Positions 55,643 to 64,000 of a stretch of DNA of 64,000 nucleotides are shown piece by piece (position 1 is the first letter of the stretch; every line of letters starts with the position of its first letter). The notes beneath the pieces were generated by a model. That model was given only the letters and a program-made list of their open reading frames with translations. It was not told the origin of the DNA and did no database searches. Source of the stretch: Armatimonadota bacterium. Lineage in GTDB: Bacteria > Armatimonadota > UBA5829 > DSUL01. The position numbers were made by a program, and so were the translations under genes. The stretch spans positions 864,001-928,000 of the forward strand of contig JBDHZC010000001.1 of the NCBI GenBank assembly GCA_039811685.1, in the 5' to 3' direction.

Positions 55643-56467
55643 TTAGCTTTCTGATGCCCTGACAGATTCGTTCAAGGGCCTTTCAAGCGGGACATCCACG
55701 CAGATCAATGCGCTGGCGTCCACTCCGTACGGACCCTGAGCCAGGATTCTACCGTCTGCTCCGACAGCCAAAGAGCATCCGATGCACTTCCAGCCCTGCC
55801 ATGCGCCGGAAAGGACAGGGCCAACATTGCTGACGCCTACAGTAGCTACTCCTGCGCGTCTTGCCAGCTCAGTATAAGCGCCACGCCAGAGATCCCCGTA
55901 CGGATTCCGTTCATTGTCGTGATCCGGTGGAACAGCCCAGGCGCTGGGTGACAGCAGGAGTTGTGCGCCGATCCGTGCCTGGGATATGCCTAGCTCAAGT
56001 GAGTCTGGGAAATTGTCCGCGCAGATGTTCAGGCCAAATGCGCCATCTGGCGTGCGCGCGACTCCCAGCGAATCACCAACTGTGTAAAGACCCAGGGCAA
56101 TACTCAACTCATTAATCTTCCGGTGTTTCAGGAGGATGTCTCCTGATGGTGAGAAGAGTACCGCCGCGTTGTACAGATGTGCGCCATCGCGCTCGACGAG
56201 TCCAGCGGCCACGTATATGCCCGCGGCCCGGGCTGCCTCAGACAGAATCTCAGCATGATTCCCCGGAATCGGACAAGCGCGCTCTCTTGCGGAATCGTCC
56301 ATCCAGCCAAAGTCCAGGCATTCTGGAAGCACAACGACGCGGCAGCCTCGCTCTGCCGCCTGTTTGATCATTTCTTCGGCGCGAGACAGATTTGTCCCGG
56401 GGTTTCCGGGCTCAACCAGCATCTGCGCCATGGCGACTTTCAGTGTAGAATCCGGCATCCGTTTCAT
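55643..56467 (-). CDS. Carbon-nitrogen hydrolase (nitrilase family)
   Basis: LPE, HRK, ICAD catalytic E-K-C triad. Confidence 0.9.
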   Translation of the reverse strand: MKRMPDSTLKVAMAQMLVEPGNPGTNLSRAEEMIKQAAERGCRVVVLPECLDFGWMDDSARERACPIPGNHAEILSEAARAAGIYVAAGLVERDGAHLYNAAVLFSPSGDILLKHRKINELSIALGLYTVGDSLGVARTPDGAFGLNICADNFPDSLELGISQARIGAQLLLSPSAWAVPPDHDNERNPYGDLWRGAYTELARRAGVATVGVSNVGPVLSGAWQGWKCIGCSLAVGADGRILAQGPYGVDASALICVDVPLERPLNESVRASES

Positions 56468-57933
56468 CCCTTGAAAAGCGTTCCGAACAGTCCCCGAACG
56501 AGCTGCCTGCCGAAACTTCCGCCAAGCTGCGTTCCGATGGAGCGGATCGCCGCGTTGAGCAGAATCTCTTGTGGTCCCTGCCGCTGGCGACCAGACGCGC
56601 GGCGGGGTGAATCGGAGGGGCGGTTGAGGGCTTCACTTTGGAGCTGCGCAGGTTGTTGGACCCGCGAAATCAGACGTTCATAGGCAGACTCCCTGTCCAT
56701 TGTCTGGTCGTAGACTCCCGACACTGGACTCTGGGCAAACACACTCTGGCGCACGGACGGATCAGCCGGACCAATCCTTGAAGAAGGGGGTCGCACCAGT
56801 GTGCGCTGGACTATTCCCGGAGACCCCTGGTCATCCAGCATGCTCGCGAGAGCTTCTCCAACGCCAAGCTCAGTGATCACATCCTGAATAGATAGACTAG
56901 GATTTTCCCGAAAAGTTTCTGCAGCCGCTTTCACTGCTCTCTGGTCTTTTGGAGTGAACGCTCGCAGCGCGTGCTGGATTCGGTTGCCCAGTTGACCCAG
57001 AACGGCATCGGGGATATCCAGGGGATTCTGGCTGATAAAATAGACTCCCACTCCCTTGGAGCGTACCAGCCTCACAACCTGTTCAACCTTGCTCACGAGG
57101 GCCTTTGGCGCATCGTCAAACAGCAGATGGGCTTCGTCGAAGAAAAACACGAGCTTGGGCTGATCCAGATCGCCCACTTCCGGAAGCTGCTCAAAGAGCT
57201 CAGATAGCAACCACAGCAGGAAGGTGCTGTACAGCCGTGGACGTTGCATGAGCCTGTCGGCAGCCAGAACGCTGACGTATCCACGACCGTTCAAATCACG
57301 GCGCATCAGGTCACTTAGACGCAGGGCCGGTTCACCGAAAAACTGGTCCGCTCCCTGTTGCTCCAACACCAGGAGCTGGCGCTGTATCGATCCTACGGAT
57401 GCAGAACTGACGTTTCCATATTGTTGCGTGAGAGTTTTCGCGTTGTCTGCGACATGCTGCAACATGGCCCGCAGGTCTTTCATGTCGAGCAACAGCAACC
57501 CCTCGTCATCAGCCACCTTGAAAGTGAGATTCAGGACGCCTTCCTGGGTATCGTTCAACTCCAGAAGCCGGGCCAGAAGCACGGGTCCCATGTCCGAGAC
57601 AGTAGCCCGAACGGGATGTCCCTGCTCACCAAACAGATCCCAGAAGATGACAGGGCACGCAGAATTGGTATAGTCCGTCAGGCCAATCTGCCTGGCGCGC
57701 TCGAGGAGCTTTGGCTTGGGTTCCCCGGACTGACACAGACCGCTCAAGTCTCCTTTGACGTCTGCGAGAAACACCGGGACGCCACGCTGTGAGAAGCCTT
57801 CCGCCAACACCTGAAGGCTGATAGTTTTGCCTGTGCCCGTGGCTCCCGCGATCAGACCGTGACGATTCCCTTTGCTGAGTAACAGGAAGACAGGGGCTTC
57901 TCCCTGCCCAACAAAAATACTGTTGTCATTCAT
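56464..57933 (-). CDS. HerA-like P-loop ATPase (DUF853/YjgR family)
   Basis: NRHGLIAGATGTGKT, FFDEAH, RSKGVG, QHALRAFTP. Confidence 0.92.
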   Translation of the reverse strand: MNDNSIFVGQGEAPVFLLLSKGNRHGLIAGATGTGKTISLQVLAEGFSQRGVPVFLADVKGDLSGLCQSGEPKPKLLERARQIGLTDYTNSACPVIFWDLFGEQGHPVRATVSDMGPVLLARLLELNDTQEGVLNLTFKVADDEGLLLLDMKDLRAMLQHVADNAKTLTQQYGNVSSASVGSIQRQLLVLEQQGADQFFGEPALRLSDLMRRDLNGRGYVSVLAADRLMQRPRLYSTFLLWLLSELFEQLPEVGDLDQPKLVFFFDEAHLLFDDAPKALVSKVEQVVRLVRSKGVGVYFISQNPLDIPDAVLGQLGNRIQHALRAFTPKDQRAVKAAAETFRENPSLSIQDVITELGVGEALASMLDDQGSPGIVQRTLVRPPSSRIGPADPSVRQSVFAQSPVSGVYDQTMDRESAYERLISRVQQPAQLQSEALNRPSDSPRRASGRQRQGPQEILLNAAIRSIGTQLGGSFGRQLVRGLFGTLFKG

Positions 57934-58074
57934 TGTGCTGTCCTTGACCGTCACTCGCTTGCGTAAAGCGAGCAATCATGGGATTGTATATGGACAAGCA
58001 GACCGCCGTCCAATGGCGTCAGCAAATGTGGCCACTCGCAATGATGCCAGTTCTCATTGAAGGGATCGATAACT

Positions 58075-59067
58075 ATGAGCTATGAACCAGTCGTAGAAGA
58101 CCGCGCGGACCGCTACCGGATCTCGGTGGCCGACTATGTGCACTATCAGAAGGAGGGATATCTGATCGTGCGCAATCTGGTTTCGCAAGAGGACATCGAG
58201 CGAATCCGCAATCACGCCATGGATATTTTGTTCGGGCGTGTTCTGCTCGACGGATTGGAGCCCCCTTCCCCGAATGCCACTCAGGAGGAGCTGATCCACA
58301 GGTTTTCGCGTGTGCATATGCTGCATCTTGTGGACAAGGTGAGTGAAGAAGCGCTCCTGCACCCGCGTGTGCTGGACGTGGTGGAGGCTCTCACCGGACC
58401 GGACGTGCTCGCGCTGCAGAGCATGCTCTTTTTCAATGCGCCGGGAATGGGCGGACAGGGCTGGCATCAGGACTCGTACTATATCACGACGTTCCCCGAC
58501 ACATTGATGGGCGCTTGGATAGCGCTTGACCGGGCGGACGAGGAAAATGGCTGTCTGTGGGTGGCGCCAGGCTCGCAAAACGAACCCGTATATCCTGACC
58601 ACGCGAGGAAAGCTGTCATTCATGCATCGGGTGTCTTTGCCGATCTGCCGTTCGTGGACCATACGAGCCACCTCGACGACGATATCAATGAGCTCGCGCC
58701 GATAGCGCGCAAGTGGCCAGAAAAGGCGCCTGCTGTCATGGAACCGGGCGATGTGCTGTTCTTCCCCGGGCAGGTTCTGCACCGATCCTACCCCAACAAA
58801 GCCAAGGAGCGCTGGCGACGCGCTTTTGTCAACCACTACTGTAATGCGCGCGCCTGGGTCCCGTGGAATCACGGAGCGCCGTTTGATGGAGAGGCTGCGA
58901 ACGACAGACACATCCTTGCGCGCGGAAAGACCCACTTGCCGTTTGCGACTCCGCGCTTCGGCACACCTTGCGCGGCCACTGCCCAGGCGCCGCACGCGCC
59001 AGTCTCCAGCCCTTCGCCGGAAGGACTGACGGCATCGGCGCCGGAGTTCGCTTGGAACAAGAAGTAG
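58075..59067 (+). CDS. Phytanoyl-CoA dioxygenase (PhyH) family Fe(II)/2-oxoglutarate dioxygenase
   Basis: WHQD, ENGCL..PGS, LHRS.PN...RR. Confidence 0.9.
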   Translation: MSYEPVVEDRADRYRISVADYVHYQKEGYLIVRNLVSQEDIERIRNHAMDILFGRVLLDGLEPPSPNATQEELIHRFSRVHMLHLVDKVSEEALLHPRVLDVVEALTGPDVLALQSMLFFNAPGMGGQGWHQDSYYITTFPDTLMGAWIALDRADEENGCLWVAPGSQNEPVYPDHARKAVIHASGVFADLPFVDHTSHLDDDINELAPIARKWPEKAPAVMEPGDVLFFPGQVLHRSYPNKAKERWRRAFVNHYCNARAWVPWNHGAPFDGEAANDRHILARGKTHLPFATPRFGTPCAATAQAPHAPVSSPSPEGLTASAPEFAWNKK

Positions 59068-59097
59068 AGGCGTCTGAAGCGTGTCGCAGAGCTTCGG

Positions 59098-61308
59098 CTA
59101 AGTGAGGATAGAGAGCAGAAGCGCGGCTACGTCGTCGTGCAACTTGCCTTCTGAGTAGCTGAGTATCTCGTCAGTGATGGCGGTGACTATCTGCCGAGCG
59201 TCCTCAAAGCGGTGCTCCAGCAGCAAAGCCTTCAGCCGCTCGACTCCAAAGAAGTCAACTCCGCAACGAGCCTCTGTGATGCCGTCTGTGTAGAAAAACA
59301 GCTTATGACCCGGGGCGAGTTCTATTCGCGACTGCTGATATACCGCCTCCGGGTCTACGCCGAGAACGGTGCCCGGGCGCTCGATTTCGAGAACTTCGTC
59401 GCGATCTGGAATCAACCAAAGTGGCGGCTCATGGCCGGCGTTCGCAAACACAAACTCCTGGATCTGTAAATCCAGCACTCCGTAGAACGCGGTAACGAAG
59501 CCTTCCTGCATCTCCCGGTTAATCACTCTGTTCAGGCGTGTCAGGACTGAGGCGGGAGATGAGTCTTCATACGCCAGCGCGCGCAGAGCGTTCTTGGCCG
59601 TGGCAGTGCGCACAGCCGCATTGACACCTTTTCCCGCAACGTCACCAATGACAATAGCCATCCGACCTTCAGAAGGCTCAAAAATATCATAAAAGTCTCC
59701 GCCAACAAACGCCTCCCGGAAAGCGGGCTTGTAGTATGGCTCAATTACGATGCCACCTGGATATTGTGGGTCGGTCGCCAGTAGTGCATGCTGGAGTGTT
59801 ACGGAGACTCGGTGCTCTTCCTGGTATCGCTCTTCCAGCTGCTGCTCTTCGCGCTTGCGATCGGTGATGTCCGTGAGGTAAACAGACAGCCCACCGCTGC
59901 CCGGATAGCAGCGCACCTCTAACCACTGCATGGTTTGATCGTTACAAAACTCCAGCGTAAACTGGCTCTTGCGTTCCATAGCTGTGCGCAGCATACGCTC
60001 CAGATTTGTGCCCAGAATTTCCGGGTAAACGTCCCACACCAGCCTTCCGAGCACGCCGTTTGCAGAGCCAGAGGCGATCTGCGCCGCGCGCTCATTAACG
60101 TAAACGATACGCCAGGTGCTGTCCACAGAGACAAAAGCGTCAGTGATGCTTTGAAGGATGCCGGCAATGCGCTCATTTGCTTCACGCACCGCCTGTTCGG
60201 AGCGCTTGAGACTTGCGGCGATCTGCTCGGCAAGTGCTTCGGCCTTGACCAGAGATCCCGTCAGATAGAAAAGCAAAATGCTGAGCGCCAACCCCACGAG
60301 CACAATCCCAGACTCACGGCCTGAGACCACGCCCGCATCGAAATCAGGCGTCGTTCTGAACTGAATCTGCCACACACTTCCGGCAACTTCCAGACTCTGT
60401 GTTGTCTGGAACAGAGGGCGATACTGAGGCTGTTTGAAGTGACGCCTCGTGGCAGAGTCGTAGAGCTCCAGTCTTTTGCCTGATTTGGACAGATCGTAAA
60501 CACTGATGTCCAAATCGCCAACAGTGCCCGCAGCAAGTGTCTGACTGAAGAAATCGTGACTTCGAAAGACGCTGTACACAAACCCAACCAGAGCTTTGCG
60601 TCTTTCCTGAACTGTCTTTAGCGTCTCAGCGGGCTTGTTGTAGAAAGGGACAAAGACCAGGAAACCCACCTGCCTTTTCCCCTGGATTGTCAACACCAGC
60701 ACAACACGTCCCGAAGCCACTGGCATCCCGGTGTCGCGCGCACGATTCATCGCGGATTGGCGAGTCGCCTCGGAAGCCATATCGTACCCGAGCGCGGCGT
60801 GGCTGTTCGCTGTCAGTGGAGAGAAGTAGATGATAGCTTGACGCTCAGGAGAAGCCTCTTTGGGCCAGACATGAAACCAACTCACTCCCTCCCGCTTCAT
60901 CTGCATCTCCAGCGCCGGAATGTCCGCACTGTGTACAAGCTTGCTGAATCCAATACCTTGAATCGCTTTGTAATGCTCTGGCAATTCGAGTGCTCCGACA
61001 AACTTGTCGAAGGCTGCGCGGTTCACATGCGTCTTGGTAGCCAGAAAGCCGTCCGTAGCGCGCAGCAGCGCAATGTGCGTGTCCACCGTGTTGGTGATGA
61101 GCGAACGCGCATCCTCGACGGCGTTATTGAACCGGATGCGAGCCCGGGTGCGGGTTGTAACAGACTCGTGCACCGCCACTGCACCTGTCACCAGGCACGA
61201 AATCAACAAGACAACATAAGGGACTAATGCGCGAATGCGAGGACCGCCGATGCGTCTCTGCAATTCGGACGGGTTACGAACAGTGGTTGTAGAGGTGGTC
61301 AAGAGCAA
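59098..61308 (-). CDS. CHASE-PAS-SpoIIE/PP2C membrane sensor phosphatase
   Basis: Two TMs flanking a CHASE domain (ALGYDM); PAS; GGDFYD, DVAGKG, NAGH, YTDG, DD. Confidence 0.9.
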   Translation of the reverse strand: MLLTTSTTTVRNPSELQRRIGGPRIRALVPYVVLLISCLVTGAVAVHESVTTRTRARIRFNNAVEDARSLITNTVDTHIALLRATDGFLATKTHVNRAAFDKFVGALELPEHYKAIQGIGFSKLVHSADIPALEMQMKREGVSWFHVWPKEASPERQAIIYFSPLTANSHAALGYDMASEATRQSAMNRARDTGMPVASGRVVLVLTIQGKRQVGFLVFVPFYNKPAETLKTVQERRKALVGFVYSVFRSHDFFSQTLAAGTVGDLDISVYDLSKSGKRLELYDSATRRHFKQPQYRPLFQTTQSLEVAGSVWQIQFRTTPDFDAGVVSGRESGIVLVGLALSILLFYLTGSLVKAEALAEQIAASLKRSEQAVREANERIAGILQSITDAFVSVDSTWRIVYVNERAAQIASGSANGVLGRLVWDVYPEILGTNLERMLRTAMERKSQFTLEFCNDQTMQWLEVRCYPGSGGLSVYLTDITDRKREEQQLEERYQEEHRVSVTLQHALLATDPQYPGGIVIEPYYKPAFREAFVGGDFYDIFEPSEGRMAIVIGDVAGKGVNAAVRTATAKNALRALAYEDSSPASVLTRLNRVINREMQEGFVTAFYGVLDLQIQEFVFANAGHEPPLWLIPDRDEVLEIERPGTVLGVDPEAVYQQSRIELAPGHKLFFYTDGITEARCGVDFFGVERLKALLLEHRFEDARQIVTAITDEILSYSEGKLHDDVAALLLSILT

Positions 61309-61409
61309 TTAGAATCTTGTTTGACGAATGCTCGGTCAGCCGCACACCCTCTCGGCGACAACTGCTTTCTGCCCAGCCAAAACGGACAGACCCCACCCGG
61401 ATCAAGGCG

Positions 61410-61439
61410 ATTATACAGGAGCGCTCACAAATGTATCAA
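61410..61439 (-). promoter_or_regulatory. Putative sigma70 promoter of the PP2C gene
   Basis: TTGATA-18-TATAAT on the minus strand. Confidence 0.55.
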
Positions 61440-61456
61440 GCCACAACACAAAATAT

Positions 61457-62533
61457 TCACACAGCGAGCTCCGTAAGACTCTTCTGTGAAACAGTGAGAA
61501 CTTCGGCCCCACACCTGCCCACCAGAACGTCATCTTCAATGCGCACCCCACCCCAGCCTTCGATGTAGATGCCAGGCTCAACAGTGACGACCATGCCTTC
61601 AAGAAGCACGATGTCGCTTTTCGGGCTGAGCGCAGGTCCGTCGTGGACACTCAAGCCGAGCTGGTGGCCGAGTCCGTGGCCAAAACTGTTTCCGTATCCT
61701 GCATCCGTAATAATCTTGCGCGCAACTTCATCAACGTCTTTTCCCGGAACTCCCGGCCTGATGGCAGCAATGGCGGCCATCTGAGCGTCCAGAACCGTCT
61801 GGTACACCTTGCGAAACTCATCCGTTGCCGAACCCAAAAACAGCGTGCGGGTAATGTCGCCAGCGTAGCCCTGGTACTGCGCTCCGAAGTCCAGCAGAAC
61901 CGGCTCTCCCGCAGCCAGAATGCGGTCTGTCGGATGCGCATGAGGCAGTGCCGAGCGCGGACCGGACGCGACGATAGAGTCGAAGCTCTCTTTTTCTGCT
62001 CCGAGTCCGGTGAGGATGTATACGAGCTCCCGGAGAATATCCAGCTCTTTTGTCCCCGGTTTCAGAAACGGCTGTATGGCAGAAAAGGCGGCGTCAGTGA
62101 TCTCACAGGCTTTTCTCAGGCGCTCGATCTCTTCTGTGTCCTTCACAGCGCGAAGCGGACTCAGAGCCTGCGCCAGCCCGACCAGACGGACGTCAGCAGC
62201 CCCATCCTCAAGCTGTCTGTACTCCTCAACAGTGACGACAGTTGATTCAAAACCCACCGCCTCGCAACCCAGCGTACTGACCTTTTCTGCGACCTGTTTG
62301 ATGGGAGGTTCGCTGGAGATATGGACTACAGCCCCCGGAGCTTCCTGTGAAGCCTGTATAGTGTAGCGGCTGTCGGTAAAGAGATGTACAGAATCGCACG
62401 TCAGAAGCGCCACGCCGCTCGATCCGGTGAAACCGGTCAGCCAGCGGATATTCTGCCGATCCGAGACAATGAATCCCTGAAGCTCGTTTTCAGTCAGCTT
62501 TTCTCTGGCGAGCTCGACTCGCGGCGAGATCAA
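61457..62533 (-). CDS. pepQ: Xaa-Pro dipeptidase/aminopeptidase P (M24B)
   Basis: DFGA, DITRT, HGLGH, EPGIY, GVRIED. Confidence 0.92.
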   Translation of the reverse strand: MISPRVELAREKLTENELQGFIVSDRQNIRWLTGFTGSSGVALLTCDSVHLFTDSRYTIQASQEAPGAVVHISSEPPIKQVAEKVSTLGCEAVGFESTVVTVEEYRQLEDGAADVRLVGLAQALSPLRAVKDTEEIERLRKACEITDAAFSAIQPFLKPGTKELDILRELVYILTGLGAEKESFDSIVASGPRSALPHAHPTDRILAAGEPVLLDFGAQYQGYAGDITRTLFLGSATDEFRKVYQTVLDAQMAAIAAIRPGVPGKDVDEVARKIITDAGYGNSFGHGLGHQLGLSVHDGPALSPKSDIVLLEGMVVTVEPGIYIEGWGGVRIEDDVLVGRCGAEVLTVSQKSLTELAV

Positions 62534-63195
62534 GCGCTTCTCCTGATCAACTTCACCACAGCGTGCAATGCGAGAATGTAGCTGTCCGCCCCGAATCCCG
62601 AGATGATACCACTTGCAGCAGCTGCGGTTATGGATTTTGATCGGAATTCTTCGCGGGAATGAATGTTCGAAAGGTGCACTTCTACGACTGGAACATCCAC
62701 AGCAGCCAGTGCGTCCCGGATTGGCACACTGGTGTGCGTATAGCCGCCCGGATTGATAATGAGGCCGTCTATGCCGTCCTGAACGGAATGAATCGCTGTG
62801 ATGATGTCGCCTTCGCTGTTTGACTGCATAATGCGCAACCCGCAGCCGAGCGTAGCCGCTTCCTGCCGCATAGCGCTGTTGATATCTTCGAGAGTCTCTC
62901 TGCCGTACACTTCCGGCTCACGCATGCCCAGGAGATTGAGATTTGGGCCATGGACGACGAGAACGCGCAGGGAATCCTGTGCGCTGACTTCGGGCTGCTC
63001 CTGCTCTTCCGGCCCCTGCTTAAGACTGACAGACTCACGCCCAAACTCATGCGGGAGGAGGTTTGGAATGTCTCCGGACACCGGATATTCGCGGCCGCAC
63101 TCCATACACACCAACGCGTCTTTGCAGACCTGCAATCGCGGGCGGCTTTCGCAGGCCGGACAGCACAACAACCCGGCAAGCTCCTTAAGATTCAT
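62530..63195 (-). CDS. aroQ: Type II 3-dehydroquinate dehydratase with a fused N-terminal Trm112/UPF0434-like Zn-ribbon
   Basis: [31 protein letters not shown]-terminal LCCPAC...[18 protein letters not shown]. Confidence 0.92.
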   Translation of the reverse strand: MNLKELAGLLCCPACESRPRLQVCKDALVCMECGREYPVSGDIPNLLPHEFGRESVSLKQGPEEQEQPEVSAQDSLRVLVVHGPNLNLLGMREPEVYGRETLEDINSAMRQEAATLGCGLRIMQSNSEGDIITAIHSVQDGIDGLIINPGGYTHTSVPIRDALAAVDVPVVEVHLSNIHSREEFRSKSITAAAASGIISGFGADSYILALHAVVKLIRRSA

Positions 63196-63244
63196 CAGAT
63201 GATTCGCTCCTCACCCATTCTCACAAGGCCGATGTTTCCACCTG

Positions 63245-63976
63245 TTACGCTGTGGCACTCAGGTATTCCTTTACCACGGCCTCAGGATCGCCGTCCGCGC
63301 GCAATGCCCCTTCGTGAAGCCAGATGGCTCTTCCGGAGACACGCCGCACAGTATCGAGATCGTGCGAGACAAAGACAATCGTGCGTCCCGATTCTTGAAA
63401 CCGCTGAATCTCGCGCAGGCACTTGGCCTGGAACGCCTGATCACCGACCGCCAACACCTCATCAATCAGAAGAATCTGCGGATCAGTAAACACAGCCACA
63501 GCAAAACCCAGACGCATAGTCATTCCAGCGGAATATGAACGCAGCGGCGCGTCACGGAACTTTTCCAGCTCCGCAAAGTGAATGATATCGTCCAGCGATT
63601 TTCGCACATCCCGCTCCCGCATGCCAAGAATGACGCCATTCAGCAGGACGTTTTGCTCACCGGTCAGGTCCGGGTGGAACCCCGCGCCCAGCTCGAGCAG
63701 CGCGGCGACTCTACCGTGGATTTCAATATGTCCCGCTGTCGGCAGATATATTCGGCCAATCAACCCAAGCAGCGTGCTCTTGCCGGAGCCGTTGCGCCCC
63801 ACTACCGCCAGCGTCTGACCTCTCGGCACTTCCAGAGACAGGCTCTTCAGCGCCCAGAGGTCTTCAAATCTTCTCTTCCAAAAAGAAGCCACCGCGCCTT
63901 TAAGCGTTGCCACAGGATGGTGCGCCAGCCTGAAGCGTTTGCTGACATCCTGAAGCTGAATCGCCGCGTCAGACAT
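63245..63976 (-). CDS. wzt: Polysaccharide/O-antigen export ABC transporter ATP-binding protein (Wzt/TagH-like)
   Basis: GRNGSGKST, ELGAGFHPDLTG, YSAGM..RL, DEVLAVGD. Confidence 0.9.
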   Translation of the reverse strand: MSDAAIQLQDVSKRFRLAHHPVATLKGAVASFWKRRFEDLWALKSLSLEVPRGQTLAVVGRNGSGKSTLLGLIGRIYLPTAGHIEIHGRVAALLELGAGFHPDLTGEQNVLLNGVILGMRERDVRKSLDDIIHFAELEKFRDAPLRSYSAGMTMRLGFAVAVFTDPQILLIDEVLAVGDQAFQAKCLREIQRFQESGRTIVFVSHDLDTVRRVSGRAIWLHEGALRADGDPEAVVKEYLSATA

Positions 63977-64000
63977 CTCAGGGCCTCTCCGCAAACTGCC

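Noticed and set aside
56464..57933. HerA-like ATPase as a possible anti-phage system
   Set aside because: It matches the widespread DUF853/YjgR family, and the neighbour is a nitrilase rather than a nuclease or Sir2 effector.
1..64000. CRISPR arrays, tRNA/rRNA genes, IS elements, prophage, selenocysteine read-through in hydrogenase genes
   Set aside because: No regularly spaced repeats, RNA-gene signatures, transposase/integrase motifs or interrupted hydrogenase ORFs were seen by eye.

Overview
A 64-kb, GC-rich chromosomal segment with no CRISPR array, tRNA/rRNA gene or mobile element that I can detect. Firmicutes-like housekeeping synteny, Kdo genes and a characteristic C-terminal domain on the secreted phosphatase suggest an Armatimonadota-like diderm bacterium; this is an inference. 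Contents in order: (1) minus-strand run recG-coaD-(DivIVA/ATPase-b-like)-pta-ackA-DUF177-rpmF-plsX-fabH-fabD-fabG-acpP-fabF; (2) ECF sigma / zinc anti-sigma / DegP operon; (3) a ~16.5-kb, 16-gene [FeFe]-hydrogenase locus behind a Rex-like operator; (4) accessory genes, including an SLH protein, mgtE, cytochrome c, split ComEC, a kdsD-kdsC-glycosyltransferase operon, a secreted purple acid phosphatase, a glycan catabolism cluster, a CHASE-PAS-PP2C phosphatase, pepQ, a Trm112-AroQ fusion and wzt. The hydrogenase locus holds a DRTGG/kinase/PHP module with a group D-like hydrogenase, one HydA, and the maturases hydG, hydE and hydF with aspA. The most striking feature is that the single HydA has two different diaphorase modules: a canonical bifurcating-type HydBCD and an inserted HydB'C' pair with NuoF-like (non-bifurcating-type) residues and no ferredoxin tail. 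All calls come from reading motifs by eye; no database searches were run.
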